Assembly (NCBI RefSeq): GCF_006345805.1
Contig: NC_043000.1
Location: 151,776,001 to 151,840,000 of the forward strand
Direction of reading: 5' to 3'
Source of the DNA: Octopus sinensis
Lineage: Eukaryota
Length of the DNA: 64,000 bases
The position numbers and the translations under genes are program-made. Shown piece after piece: positions 51,931 to 64,000 of the stretch (the first letter of the stretch is position 1; every line of letters starts with the position of its first letter). The notes below the pieces were generated by a model, which was not told where the DNA came from, did not search any database, and was given only the letters and a program-made list of their open reading frames with translations.

Positions 51931-52586
51931 TGTATATGTATATATATGTATATATAATATGTGTGTGTGTGTGTGGTACCCCAGCATGGCCACGGCCTTA
52001 CGGCTGAAACATATAAAAGAAAAGAATATATATACATATATAACATATGGTATAAATATAAACAGGGCAAATTTTAGCTATTTCTCCGCAGATTGAAAAA
52101 ATGATGAACAACCTTAATCGATTTTCAAACCTTTTTGGGTTCTCATCAGATGCGTCTACAGGACAAAAAAAAATTCTTTGCCAATATGCTGAAAACTAGA
52201 CGCTAAATCGTCTAAACACATAAAATATTTCCATTTGTATGATTACACCAGGTGCCGAAACGAGGAAAGCAAGCTAACAGAAATTCATAATAATATAGTT
52301 ATTCCCGTTTTCTGTTCTGATTTTTGGATTCTTCCTTCATCAGCGAGGAACACAAAATGAAAATAAATGAAACACTTAGACAAACCCACGGAAAAGCAGA
52401 TGCAAACTCATGAATACATTTAAGTATCCCAAATATATCCAAATCGAAATTCCATAGCAAGTCTTGGCACAAGTGTAGTCGGTCAGGAAACGCGCGTACA
52501 AGTGGCTAACCAGTCCCGAAGTGAATGCGAATTAATGTACTTCTAATATAAGGATAAAATTTTATTTAAAAAGATATTATAATATA

Positions 52587-52990
52587 ACTAGCAGTATCGC
52601 CCGGCGTTGCTCAGGTTTGTAAGGGAAATAACTATATAAGCATTTTTAGAGAGTTATAGCCAAAAAATAGCAAAAAAATGCATTAAAAATGGAAAAAAAA
52701 TGATGGTAAATTTTTTTTGTAAATCGTTGACTCATCGTAGACATTTTTAGAGAGTTACTTCCCTTATATAATAGCGAAAAAAATGCGTTCAAATGGAAAA
52801 AAATGATGGTAATTATTTTTTTAAATCGTAGACTCATCGTAGACGTGCGCTAATACCCAGAAGGGATCGATATGAATCACGACTATAAGATACCCGGTTT
52901 TGGTTACACTGCACCGCAAAATGTGGGAGTAGTTAGGAATCTAAATCGTAGGAGACAGACAGCACACAACCTCACTTTTATATATAAATA
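52587..52990 (+). mobile_element. Non-autonomous Helitron/HINE-like element
   Basis: 5' ACTAGCAGTATCGCCCGGCGTTGCTC start, ~100-bp internal tandem duplication, 3' ...acagacagcacacaacctcacttttatatata end; no TIR or TSD seen; classified by resemblance from memory. Confidence 0.55.
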
Positions 52991-53089
52991 TATCCCATCC
53001 AAACATAAAACAATTTTTAAAATTCCCAAAAATATCAATGAGATTATGGCTGGGAGAAAACAATTTACTCAAAGTAGCCGTTTCTGCAG

Positions 53090-53210
53090 TTCACACAGCT
53101 GGCAAAAATGAGTAATCTTGCGATGGCCCGGCGTCCCGTCCAGGTGAGGAATTTATACGCCATGGCAATCGGGAAACCGACCCTTATGAGTCGGCATAAC
53201 TCCAAATGTT
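53090..53210 (+). mobile_element. SINE 3' segment shared with 57340-57548 and 59802-60102
   Basis: gcgatggcccggcgtcccgtccaggtg...gggaaaccgacccttatgagtc. Confidence 0.75.
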
Positions 53211-53637
53211 AACTAACTTTAACTAGGTTGTGTAGCATTGTTTCAACAAGACGTAGTATCGAGAGCATGAAGTATGTTAGATCTACATTGTGAGATTTAG
53301 TTTCTTGTTTATGGTTCAACTTTAAAGTTTAATTCCCACATCACTCAAGAACTAGTTGTAGATTTTGTAACATGAAATAAGTTTAAAACTTGTATTTTAT
53401 CTCATCGTCATATAAGGGTGGAGCAATTGCAGTTTTTTTTATCAGTGCGTTTCCTTTTGTTCCATGGAGTTTCGAACCAAGTGCAGTTGTTGACGAACAA
53501 ATTTCTTTATTAATAAAGATTGCTTTATTTAATGATTGCTACTACTATGAATGCTTGCATAATAAACAATAAAAACTGGTAACCGAAGTTTCAATTTTAT
53601 GATTTTGGAAAAATTAACTACATTGGTAGTTTGTTGG

Positions 53638-53688
<51 letters not shown>

Positions 53689-53735
53689 AGTATATGAAAG
53701 AATGGAGTTGAACGACTAGTTAACAAATATCCTTT

Positions 53736-53820
53736 ATTCTCGACATATGTTTCGAAGGCTGCATATTCCTAATTCCGAAGGAATAAGGAGTACATTATGC
53801 AGATTTCTCTTCAGGAAAAT
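53736..53820 (-). ncRNA. Minimal type I hammerhead ribozyme motif in a PLE-type terminus
   Basis: auuuuc CUGAAGA gaa...cugcaua...uaugcag..uuc GAAA C auau G UC gagaau: 6-bp stem I (one G-U), long stem II, palindromic AUAU loop, GUC triplet. Confidence 0.82.
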
Positions 53821-54042
53821 CAAGGAAACTTATGTCGACATCAAAATGCACAAAAAACTTTTAGCTGACCGCTCTCAAGGAGCCCATGGCTCAAGGACAT
53901 ACCAATACCACCTAAAGAAACCTTCCTTAAGGAAATTGTCAACATTTTCTTTCTGATGTGAATTTGCTACCCAGGTATCGGTTATCTTTCGAATTATCCT
54001 TAATAAGATAAGTCATTCAATTACTCAAATATATATATATAC

Positions 54043-54074
<32 letters not shown>

Positions 54075-54185
54075 TATTATATATATATATATATTATATA
54101 TATTATATAAGAATTTATCAAGTAGTTAGCGTGAGAAAAACTCATAAGGAATAATTATTAATTATTCCCTTTAAATATATTTATT

Positions 54186-54330
54186 TATATTACGGGCATT
54201 ACTATAGATAAATGCCTCACGCTAGGAGGGACTCTTAGAGTCAAAACTACCATAGTAATATTATGCCAGTTTTGAATTTAAGAGTACCTCCTAGCGTGAT
54301 GCATTTATGTATAGTAATGCCCTTAATATA
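54186..54330. repeat. Inverted repeat, 63-bp arms, 19-bp spacer
   Basis: Arms 54186-54248 and 54268-54330; inner end ttgaatttaagagtacc resembles ttgaaactcaagagtacc of the 50.6-kb arm. Confidence 0.9.
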
Positions 54331-54659
54331 AATTATATATATATATATTGTTAACAAAAAGAAAACGAAGAAAAACAGCCAGAAAAAACAACAACGCGAG
54401 GACGTGTTACATGCAAAGTATTATCTCTTCTTCAGAAACAGGAGACAGAGGAAAGTCCAAGAGAAAAGAAAGACGGAGGAAAAAAATCGCCAACGATTTA
54501 TCTAATATATATGTGTGTGTGCATAGCCAAAAAGAGGGTGAAAAAATTGGATATTAATTTAATAACATCAATTTAAACACCAGTGGTCTAGTGCATATAT
54601 ATATATATATATATATATTATATTTAATACCATACCAAAATACGTCAAAACAGAAACGG

Positions 54660-54875
54660 ATCCCATAAAATTCAGATGTTCACTGGACAAATTTCTTCAA
54701 AAGATCCCGGACCAGCCTCTTACACCCGGATATGTCTCCAGCAATAATAACTCTTTGCTAGAGTTGGTCTATGGTGCCCCATATGTGACTAAAAGACTTC
54801 ACCAGGTGATGCTATTGAGTTAGACGTGGCCTGGGCCTATACTTGCCGAAACCTATCAAAGTTATCAAGGTTATA
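54660..54875 (+). mobile_element. CR1-type LINE 3' end (second subfamily)
   Basis: KFRCSLDKFLQKIPDQP, UTR ending ggcctatacttgccgaaac + tatcaaagttatcaaggtta tail. Confidence 0.7.
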
Positions 54876-54885
54876 TATTAGCATA

Positions 54886-55215
54886 GAGGTGCAATGGCCC
54901 AGTGGTTAGGGCAGTGGGCTCGCGGTCGTAGGATCGCGGTTTCCATTCCAGACCGGGCGTTGTGAGTGTTTATTGAGCTTAAACATTTAAAGCTCTACGA
55001 GGGTCCGCGGGGGGGGGGGTGGAGAACCCTGCTGTACTCTTCCCTCGCTCTTTCTTCCTGTTTCTGTTGTACCTGTATTTCAAAGGGCCAGCCGTGTCAC
55101 ACTCTGTGTCACGCCGAATCTCCCTGAGAACTACATTAAGGGTACACGTGCACCTTAATTTCACGAGCAGGCTGCTCACGTTGATCCGATCATCGCAACC
55201 GACGGAATGCCACGG
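54886..55215 (+). mobile_element. tRNA-derived SINE (family F head with tail X)
   Basis: A-box TGGCCCAGTGG, B-box-like GGTTTCCATTCC; head and body shared with 59802-60102, tail shared with 12560-12760. Confidence 0.8.
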
Positions 55216-55812
55216 AATATTAGCTACAGAAATATGTATTGTTAAATCGATTTTGTGAACTATTATTTCAGCATTGCTTACTTTGCAAAAGTGTTTTATT
55301 TCCATTGATTCATTTCTCTCACCCTGTTTGAAAATTGAGAATTCGTTAACAAGGTTGTTGAAAATTTTATTGTTTTTCTTCAGTTGCTCATTGTATAAAC
55401 GGGAAAAGTTTTGGGATAATCGAGTTTTACTTAAAAATACTTAGATTGCACATACTTCCGTCACGTGAATGGATAGCTGTCACCAACAATTTTCGCTTCA
55501 CTTCACTATTGTCAGGTAGTCACAATGTAGTCGTTCGGCATGCTAGAAGTGGCATCAATGTACATCTCAATTTACATCCTACCGCTTTAAATAAAGCTGG
55601 ATACAATGGAAGAACTTGATCATCTTGCTATTCGTAAGGTAATAGCGCTCGTATGAATTTATTAAACACCTCACAACAATTCCAGCGAAACCTTTCTCTA
55701 AAGACAAAAAGAGTTACAAACAGAGCCTCCCTACTAGTGTTTCAATCCTGAATTCAGATAATTTCTAATATATACAAATATCATCACAATATATCAATTA
55801 CTTGATATATTA

Positions 55813-56220
55813 GGCGCGGGAGTGGCTGTGTGGTAAGTAGCTTGTTTACCAACTACATGGTTCCGGGTTCAGTCCCACTGCGTGGCACCTCGAGCAAGTG
55901 TCTTCTACTATAGCCTCGGGCCGACCAAAGCCTTGTGAGTGGATTTGGTAGACGGAAACTGAAAGAAGCCCGTCGTATATATGTATATATATATGTATGT
56001 GTGTGTGTTTGTGTGTCTGTATTTGTCCCATGCAACATCGCTTGACAACCGATGCTGGTGTGTTTATGTCCCCGTCACTTAGCGGTTCGGCAAAAGAGAC
56101 CGATAGAATAAGTACTGGGCTTACAAAAGAACAAGTCCCGGGGTCGAGTTGCTCGATTAAAGGCGGTGCTCCAGCATGGCCACAGTCAAATGACTGAAAC
56201 AAGTAAAAGAGTAAAGAGAG
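55813..56220 (+). mobile_element. SINE family B
   Basis: Complete head to tail. Confidence 0.93.
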
Positions 56221-56605
56221 AGAGTACTTATAAATACTGAAATAATTTGTGTTTAACATTAATTTTCAAATTTTAGATTGAATTTATGAGGTGGGTGGGA
56301 AATATTTAGAAATATGAATGTACATGTGTATAAATACCCGAAGTATTTGATCAGCCAGTAGCGCTGTAGTAACTATTGTAGGATGTAATATGCAATAAAC
56401 TATCAATAAGGAAGGCAATAGTTTTGAATCTGAAGTAAAAGTTCGTCGAATTTCACGCTACTGACTTCTTTCAAATCATATAATTACTTTTATAAACGGC
56501 ATTCATTGACAAATTTCTGCATTAAGCAATTTAATTCTGTAGTGCTTGTAGAACACCTGCAATGTGTTATCCCAAAATTGTATGCTTAGACTACAATATA
56601 TCAGA

Positions 56606-56771
56606 GCGCAGGAGTGGCTGTGTGGTAAGTAGTTTGCTTACCAACCACATGGTTCCGGGTTCAGTCCCACTGCGTGGCACCTTGGACAAGTGTCTTCTAA
56701 TATAGCCTCGGGCCGACCAAAGCCTTGTGAGTGGATTTGGTAGACGGAAACTGAAAGAAGCCTGTCGTATT

Positions 56772-56851
<80 letters not shown>

Positions 56852-57062
56852 TGTGTCTGTGTTTGTCTCCCCAACATCACTTGACAATCGATGCTGGTGT
56901 GTTTACGTCCCCGTCACTTAGCGGTTCGGCGGCAAAATAGACCGATAGAATAAGTACTAGGCTTACAAAGAATAAGTCCTGGGGTCGATTTGCTCGACTA
57001 AAGGCGGTGTTCCAGCATGGCCACAGTCAAATGACTGAAACAAGTAAAAGAGTAAAAGAGTA
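56606..57062 (+). mobile_element. SINE family B
   Basis: Complete head to tail with longer internal (TA)n(TG)n. Confidence 0.93.
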
Positions 57063-57064
57063 AA

Positions 57065-57320
57065 TAGTTTCGGATGGCTTGTCTGGGCCAAACCCACTCT
57101 TTCGCTCCCAGCGTTCCTGTCTTTCATGATATTTTTGAGGTCGTCGATTTGTAACTTGGCATCACAAAAGAGTCGATCAATGTATGTCATTCTGGATCAT
57201 CCAACAAAAGATTTTCCATGGCTTGGGATCCACAAAAGGAGCTCAATCACTAATTCAGCTTTGCTTTGACAACAATTGCCAGTATGTCTTGTCCTCTGCT
57301 CTCTAATGGCTGATGATACG
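57065..57320 (-). mobile_element. Decayed RTE-type LINE 3' end
   Basis: LLLWIP...TYIDRLFCDAKLQIDDLKNIMKDR parallels the 24.6-24.9 kb peptide. Confidence 0.6.
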
Positions 57321-57339
57321 TCGGGAATATTTCCATAAA

Positions 57340-57548
57340 TGGAGGCGCGTGGTTTAGTGGTTAGAGTGTTGGACACATGATCGTAAGATTGTGGTTTCGA
57401 TCCCGGGACTTCATTTCATGTTGCTCCAGTCCATTCAGCTAGAAAAAATGAGTAATTCGGCAACGGACCTGCATCCCGTCCAGGTAGGGAATATATACTC
57501 CATGGAACCGAGAAACCGACCTTTATGAGTCGGTATGACTCGAGAAGG
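57340..57548 (+). mobile_element. tRNA-derived SINE (family E) with tail Y
   Basis: A-box TGGTTTAGTGG, B-box GGTTTCGATCCC; TSD atatttc(c/t)ataaa at 57327-57339 and 57549-57561. Confidence 0.85.
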
Positions 57549-57714
57549 ATATTTCTATAAAACTCGTCATTCGTTGTTTCCATGATTTGTTCAGAACAGC
57601 ACGCAACCTAGTTGTGTAAGTCCCATCAAGCTTGCTGTCGATCTTTTTTGTCAGAGTTCATATTGATGAACCGGAAAGAAGAACTGAAATACAATATGAA
57701 CCAAAGTGTATAAG

Positions 57715-58112
57715 AATATTGGTTTCAAATTTCGATACAAGGCTAGGATGTTTTTGGATGTGGGGTGTCTAGTTGATTACATTGACTCCAGTGTTCGACT
57801 GGTACTTACTTTATCGACTCCGAAAGGATGAAAGACAAAGTCGACCTTGGCCGCATTTGAACTCAGAACGTAAAGACGGACGAAATACATATTTCTTTAC
57901 TACCCACAAGGGGCTAAACACAGAGAGGACAAACAAGGACAGACAGACGGATTAAGTCGATTATATCGACCCCAGTGCGTAACTGGTACTTATTTAATCG
58001 ACCCCGAAAGGATGAAACGCAAAGTCAACCTCGGCAGCATTTGAACTCAGAACGTAAAGACGGACGAAATACCGATAAGCATTTTGCTAACCTTTTCGCC
58101 AGCTCGCCGTCT
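57715..58112 (-). mobile_element. SINE family A head-to-tail dimer
   Basis: Junction aaagaaata|tgtatttcg at 57890/57889. Confidence 0.88.
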
Positions 58113-59217
58113 TAAAGTATTTAAGAATATAACAAAGCAGCTTGTATATCTCCTTTCTTTATACATTTTACATATTGGCCAAAATTTTCAAATAAAATAG
58201 AGAAGTAGTGTATTATAGCCCACGACTTAAAAATAGCCCAAAATGTAGTATCAATTATTCCAAACTACAAAACAAAGCAAAAGAAAAAACATGTTGTCCT
58301 GAAAAGTAGCTTAATGCGCTACTTGTAGCTCAACCCGATTCACAATAACATGTCCGACTCTATTTGTTTATGTGTATGTATGTGTGAGAGTGTGTGCCTC
58401 TGCATGTATTTATATATGTGCATCTATGTACATACATTTGCATTTATTCACGTTTATTTGAAAATGTTAGCTTGTGGTTAGTAGACATGTGCTGCACACG
58501 TGCAATTTATTTGTGTCTGTGTGCAAACGTGCTGTGTAAATTATTGTTTTTAAGCGAGCTGCGGTATAGCCGAGTTCCTAAAATACCTTTTGGTCGAGAA
58601 AGTCAAGTGTTTCGCTTGGCTTTACACTTCCTGCTTAATTAAGGCATCGTTATTAACGTCCACCTTCTTTTGCTCTATTCTCTCTGCTCTGAACTAAGTA
58701 AACTTTCAGGTGTACCAAGTTTCATTTTCATATCGCTTCTTGGTTATTTTACTTTCATATAGGCTTGTTATTGTATGTTGTTGTTGCATGTTGTGTGTTG
58801 TATGTTGTTGTGTGATGTATGTTGTTGTATGTTGCTTGTTGTTGTTGTTGTATGTTGTTGTTGTTGTTGTTGTTTAGTCCCAGGGTAGCCCTGATCGAGC
58901 AGACTAATGATCAAAGGGATTCTAGCTGCGAAAATCAAATGTTTTATTCGAACACACAGTTTCCGAAACTTAGCGATTCAGCAAAAGGAACCGATAGATT
59001 AAGTACCAGGCTTTAAGAAATCAGTACTGGGGGTCGGTTCGTTCAACTAAAATTCTTCACACTGATGCTCCAGCATGGCCGCTGACTGAAATCAGTAAAA
59101 AAAGATAGATTTATATATATATATACACACATGTTTGAATGTGTTTGTGTATGCATGTATGTATGTACGTATGCATGTACGTATGTATGTATGTATGTAT
59201 GTATGTATGTATGTATG

Positions 59218-59248
<31 letters not shown>

Positions 59249-59269
59249 GTACGCGTTGTGTCAGCTATT

Positions 59270-60600
59270 TGAGGTCAAAATTTTTAAGAACCGTAAGTGG
59301 CTCCATCTTTAACTTTTCTGTTCCAACGTAGAAGTTTCGAACCTGACGCAGACTATGAAAAGACGTGATCTTCTCGTCGCCTTAGCTGCCAACCACAGTG
59401 ATACTGAGATTGCAGCCGTCTTAAACAACATCAGGTTCCTTGAGTTTAAGATGAAGAGAGGGCTCCTGTGGTCAGAAAATGAAAATATTCTCGATGGTCA
59501 GACATTGTCAGAACAATCGAGTTTGTCCAGCAAGTCTAGGGCATCATCATCGAAAATCTATTGCCTGTCATCTCCATGTGTCGGAGTCAACGATTAGAGG
59601 TGCGGTGCACGAAGACAAAGGAATATATCCTATGTTAGGAGAAGAGGGTAGTTCATATCCGATAAGACCCGGGAGATCCGTGTAATCCGTTCAAAGTACT
59701 TGTTGCTCGCTATACAAACTCAAGGACTCTCAAGAACAAGCCCTGCTTCTTCTCAGATGAGAAGAATTTTGTCCAACATCAAAGAGTGAACAGGAAGAAT
59801 GTTTGTTCCTTCTCGAGCCATGCCTGGCTCATAAGGGCCGGTTTCCCGGTTTCCTTGGCGTATAGGTTCCCCACCTGGACGGGACGCCTGTCCGTCGCAG
59901 GTGAGCTGCAAGATGCAGGAGGAAAGAGTGAGAGAAAGTTGTAGCGAAAGAGTCAGCAGAAGTTCTCCATTACCTTCTGCCGGAGCCGCGTGGAGGTTAG
60001 GTGTTTTGCTCATAAACACACACATCACCCGGTCTGAGATTCGAACCCGCGATCCCTCAACCGCGAGTCCACTGCTCTAACCACTAGGCCATGTGCCTCC
60101 ACAACAGGAAGAATGGCTCCAATGTTATGCATTATGACGGTCTTGGAGGCTGTATGCAATGAGGGCCATGACATCCCGAGTCACTTTTCCCTACACGGTC
60201 TTAGGGCCAATGCAGTCATATATATCGAAACAATGAAGATTGTTGTCAAGCCCTGGATCGAGAGAGTTGCTTGCGGCAGGCCGCACGTATTCTAACAATG
60301 CTCTGTTCCTTCCTTTCACACAGCCTGCACGATCCAGGAGTGGATGGCTAAAGTTTTCATGATCATGTTACCCCTAAAATTTGGCCTCCTAGCTCTCCCT
60401 ATTTAAAAGCCCATGACTTCTACGCCTGGGATGTCATTGAGAGAGAACCCAACAAACATGCCCATAATACCAAAAACATGTTGGTGTCTGCTAACAGAGA
60501 CGTTACGGCCAACATCAATAAATATTACCATACCAACACATTTAGCCGTTTCAAAAGCCGTATCTAAGCTGTAATCGAGGCTGATGGAAGTTTTATTGCA
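59270..60600 (+). mobile_element. Tc1/mariner (maT/DD37D-like) transposase relic interrupted by a SINE
   Basis: MKRRDLLVALAANHSDTEIAAVLN start; VVKPWIERVACGRPHVF and WPPSSPYLKAHDFYAW motifs. Confidence 0.7.
59802..60102 (-). mobile_element. tRNA-derived SINE (family F head with tail Y)
   Basis: A-box TGGCCTAGTGG, B-box GGTTCGAATC; 13-bp TSD aacaggaagaatg (59789-59801, 60103-60115). Confidence 0.93.
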
Positions 60601-61579
60601 TAGACTTTTACTATGTGTATGTAAAAATATGTGTACCAGATTCCATAAACATATATTGGTTGTTCTAATAAATATTTTTGCTTTACTTAGACTAAAATTT
60701 TGTTCTCAAATAGCTGACGCAACATGTATATATAAAGCTATGTTTAGCTTGGACCTGCTAGCGGATTATTCTAACTAGAGACAGGCTGTACATATCTAAA
60801 TGTTACTGATGTTTCATCTCATTTCAACCCCGGTTGAGCAGACTTATGATCAAAAGCCTTCTAGTCGTGACCTTATTCGACCACGATAAGAATCTCTAAT
60901 CTCTAAAGGTCATTGAACTTGCAAAGACAGTCTAATCTCCCTCAAATTAAACCCTATGCAAAAAGTAGCCAAGTTGACCCAAGTAACCATACCTATCCAA
61001 TTTAGATCTTTTATACTCTTGCACACTGCTTTGTCTCCTGTTGTGTTTCCATGTTCTAGCGTAGCTGACACAGCTAAAGACTCCAAGAACACATTGCCTT
61101 TTCTACTTCAAACTTTATGGAATTCATATAAAATTCTTTTTGGACAAAAACAAAAGTGGTGTAGACAGTCTCACCTCCTAGATGTGTTATCAAAAATGGC
61201 TGAGCTTGGCAACAAAGTATAGTATTAATGTCCATATTTGTATGTTATTTATATTTTCATAAAAATTTTTTTATATATTCTCTATATATTTCATTCATAA
61301 TTTAAATCATCCATTTAATAATATACATTTTTTGCTTGCATTTTATTTATTCATTTACATATTTTATGTTTATTTTCAGTTAGATCACATTTCAGAAGTT
61401 TGTTTCTCTTAAATTTGCATATTTTTCTTTAGTTTATATTTACATTTGATTTTAATTTATAATTTTCATCAAGCGTTTAATTATGGCAAATAAAGAAGAA
61501 AAAAAAACTACAGCAATAACAACCGCAACAGAAACGACAACACAAATAACAAAGCAACCACACAACAAGAACAACAACA

Positions 61580-61588
61580 ACGCCAATA

Positions 61589-61628
<40 letters not shown>

Positions 61629-61785
61629 GATGGTGGTGGTGGTGGTGATGGTGATGGTGTGATGGTGATGGTGATGATGATGATGATGATTGATGATGAT
61701 GATGATGATGATGGTGATGGTGATGGTGATGATGGTGGTGGTGGTGATGATGATGATGGTGGTGATGATGGTGACAATGATGACG

Positions 61786-61817
<32 letters not shown>

Positions 61818-61885
61818 GGTGATGGTGATGATGGTGGTGGTGGTGGTGATGGTGATGGTGATGATGATGATGGTGATGGTGATGA

Positions 61886-61917
<32 letters not shown>

Positions 61918-62060
61918 ATGATGATGATGGTGATGATGATGATGATGGTGGTGATGATGGTGACAATGATGACGATGATGATGATGGTGATGATGATGAT
62001 GATGATGGTGATGAGATGATGGTGGTGGTGGTGGTGGTGGTGTTGGTGATGATAATAATA
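61580..62060. repeat. (GAT)/(GGT) trinucleotide array with higher-order internal duplication
   Basis: Direct inspection; ggtgacaatgatgacgat occurs twice. Confidence 0.95.
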
Positions 62061-62583
62061 ATAATCCCATTCAACACAATTACTTCCATACTCTCTATTG
62101 CTCCTATCATTACTGTCATGATTATTATCATTAATATTTTCATCTCTATTTTTATTTTACTATTTGTTTACACAGTGTGGGAAGATGAAAAGTTCTCTTT
62201 TCATCAAGGTTGAAGATTTCGGATATTAAGTAGTTTCCTCAGATGTTTTGCTAGTTGCAAACATTGCAGTTTTCAATGTTTTGCTGCAGCTTAATTTTGA
62301 GTGTAATTATTTTAGGTAAGCTGGAATCTTTCCTGTGAATTGATGCCGGTGTTCAAACCAATACTACTAACACACTTGTTTAAAAGTTTGGATCCGTCCG
62401 GAATTTTCTGGAAGTCATGGCAATTAATATAGCATTCCCTAAGTATAGCTTGTTAGTTATCTAGAATATTTTCAATTGCATATTGCTATAACTCCACGGA
62501 GACGTATAATTCTAATATCAGAGACGTATAATTCTAATATCAGAGACGTATAATTCTAATTGTTTCTAATATAGATACAAGGC

Positions 62584-62810
62584 CTAAGGCGACGAGCTTT
62601 CAGGAATAGTCAGCACGCCGAGCAAAAGGTTTAGCGGCGTTTCGTCCATCTTTACGTTCTGGGTTCAAATGCCGCTGGAGTCGACTCTGCCTTTCATCCT
62701 TTCGGAGTTGATAAAATAAGTTGAGCACTGAGCACTGAGGTCGATTTAATCGACTTTGCCCAATCCCCGAAATTGCAGACCTTTTGCCTAAATTTGAAAC
62801 CAGTATAGTT
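62584..62810 (+). mobile_element. SINE family A (alternative tail)
   Basis: Head aaggcgacgagct, body, tail ccccgaaattgcagacc...tttgaaacca. Confidence 0.85.
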
Positions 62811-62999
62811 ACAAGGGCCGAAATCTGAAGGACGGGTTAGCCGGTTGAATCGACTGGACTAACACCTTATTTTATCAAACCTGGTGGGAATAAAGGCAGT
62901 GTTGGCTATTTTCAAAAGTATTTATAAGTATTGTGTCTACTGAGGTAACAACATATACGCCTTGCCTCAAATAGATTTAACAGATTAAAAACAAATATC

Positions 63000-63900
63000 A
63001 GAAAGGAAAATGGAAGAAAATGCAGATACTCATGTATCAAGTATCATTCGCAACTTGATACATAAAATGACGCTATCCAAAATTCTGACAATAGCATTAC
63101 TCGCGTTGTGAACCAGAAAGAATTTCTGAACGTTGGTCGGCTCCAGAAAATAACACGTATGAAGGATATCCTATGTGCTACAAGAGACAATGCCTTCTTG
63201 CTTGAAGAACTCTTTCAAAAGAAAAAAGAAAAAGATTTCCACATACCCACGAAAAAACAGCTAGAAGCTCTGCTTGATGTATTCGAGTGATAACTGTTCC
63301 ACCATCTGGAACAGGACAATTGATCCTGTATTGCTGGTCTTTGACCTCGAGAATGAATTGAGGAGACAAGTAGAATTGGTGCATCCGATTTGTATCTCGT
63401 GTATCCATATATTGCGACACAAACCGTAATATATAGATACACGAAATGCACGAAATACAAGACCACAGTGGGAGATATTGGTAGTCACGTTGGTCCTTGC
63501 ATCGTCCATACCTTTATCGCACAATACGGACAGGTATCAGAGTAGAGGATGGGGTCTGTAGGGCATGCTAGTCTTAATGATCTTCGAACTGTGGAGGCAT
63601 GAAGGAAAAAAATCGACTAGTGGTGTTGGACAAATACTCCAGTCGCTATACTTGTGACAGTACGGCCCACTTGAGGGCTTCCTACCTAAAGAAGTTGAAA
63701 AACTGAGAAGAGAAAACTGGCGGTCCACAGCAGAGGTAGAAGCAACAACATCTAGCCCTAGAAACCACGGGCCCTAGAACGCCACCGTTCATTGGGTCCT
63801 ATTGCAAAGGTGCACCGGGTTAACCGAAACACTATCAAGTCTTTGTCGGACCGCTAAAAGCGCTAAATATCTAATTCTAGGCTGATGTTGAAGGTTTTCC
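63000..63900 (+). mobile_element. Decayed non-LTR retrotransposon ORF1 relic
   Basis: YKTTVGDIGSHVGPCIVHTFIAQYGQV resembles the 13.93-kb segment; many stops. Confidence 0.35.
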
Positions 63901-64000
63901 CGTCCACACTTTGCAAAACTGTTTGGGTGGAGATGATGCACTTCGATATCTGCCTTGATTTTTTTCGCATATCTCTTTGGAAGAAGTGGAGAAATGCAGA

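Noticed and set aside
60030-60102. tRNA gene
   Set aside because: A and B boxes are present but continue into a SINE body with tail and TSD, and I could not fold a full cloverleaf; the same applies to other SINE heads.
61477-62213. Poly-His or poly-Asp/Gly protein (metal-binding or biomineral-like)
   Set aside because: All frames are open because of the (GAT/GGT)n array; no credible start or splice context. RNA-seq would be needed to revive it.
62499-62560. CRISPR-like 22-bp repeats
   Set aside because: Three contiguous tandem units with no spacers, in eukaryotic context; a minisatellite.

Overview
Eukaryotic, AT-rich, repeat-dense DNA. It is most likely an octopus (coleoid cephalopod) genome, inferred from the tRNA-derived SINE families and microsatellite load and not confirmed by any search. 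One host gene is supported: a minus-strand von Willebrand factor A (VWA) domain gene with two phase-1/phase-1 exons (15507-16079 with an intact MIDAS motif, 5900-6454 with a degenerate one), plus weak candidates for a first exon/TATA box (~20.4-20.7 kb) and a terminal exon (~1.4 kb). The rest is transposon-derived: dozens of SINE copies from at least four families (A, B, D and E/F are my working labels), CR1-, RTE- and L1/Tx1-type LINE fragments, a Penelope-like (PLE) GIY-YIG relic, mariner/maT relics, hAT-, mariner- and pogo-like MITEs, a Helitron-like element and many microsatellites. The most interesting signal is a set of PLE-type termini next to (TA)n tracts carrying minimal type I hammerhead ribozyme motifs: a near-perfect 434-bp palindrome with two outward-facing intact motifs (45170-45603), a solo intact motif (53736-53820) and two decayed palindromes. 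Other notable items are a LINE/SINE shared 3' stem-loop with covariation, SINE dimers with a fixed junction, a SINE flanked by a 111-bp duplication, and an 8-bp-TSD element family carrying TTAGGG repeats, one copy of which duplicates neighbouring DNA. No CRISPR, rRNA or true tRNA genes are supported. All alignments and counts were done by eye; boundaries of decayed repeats are approximate.
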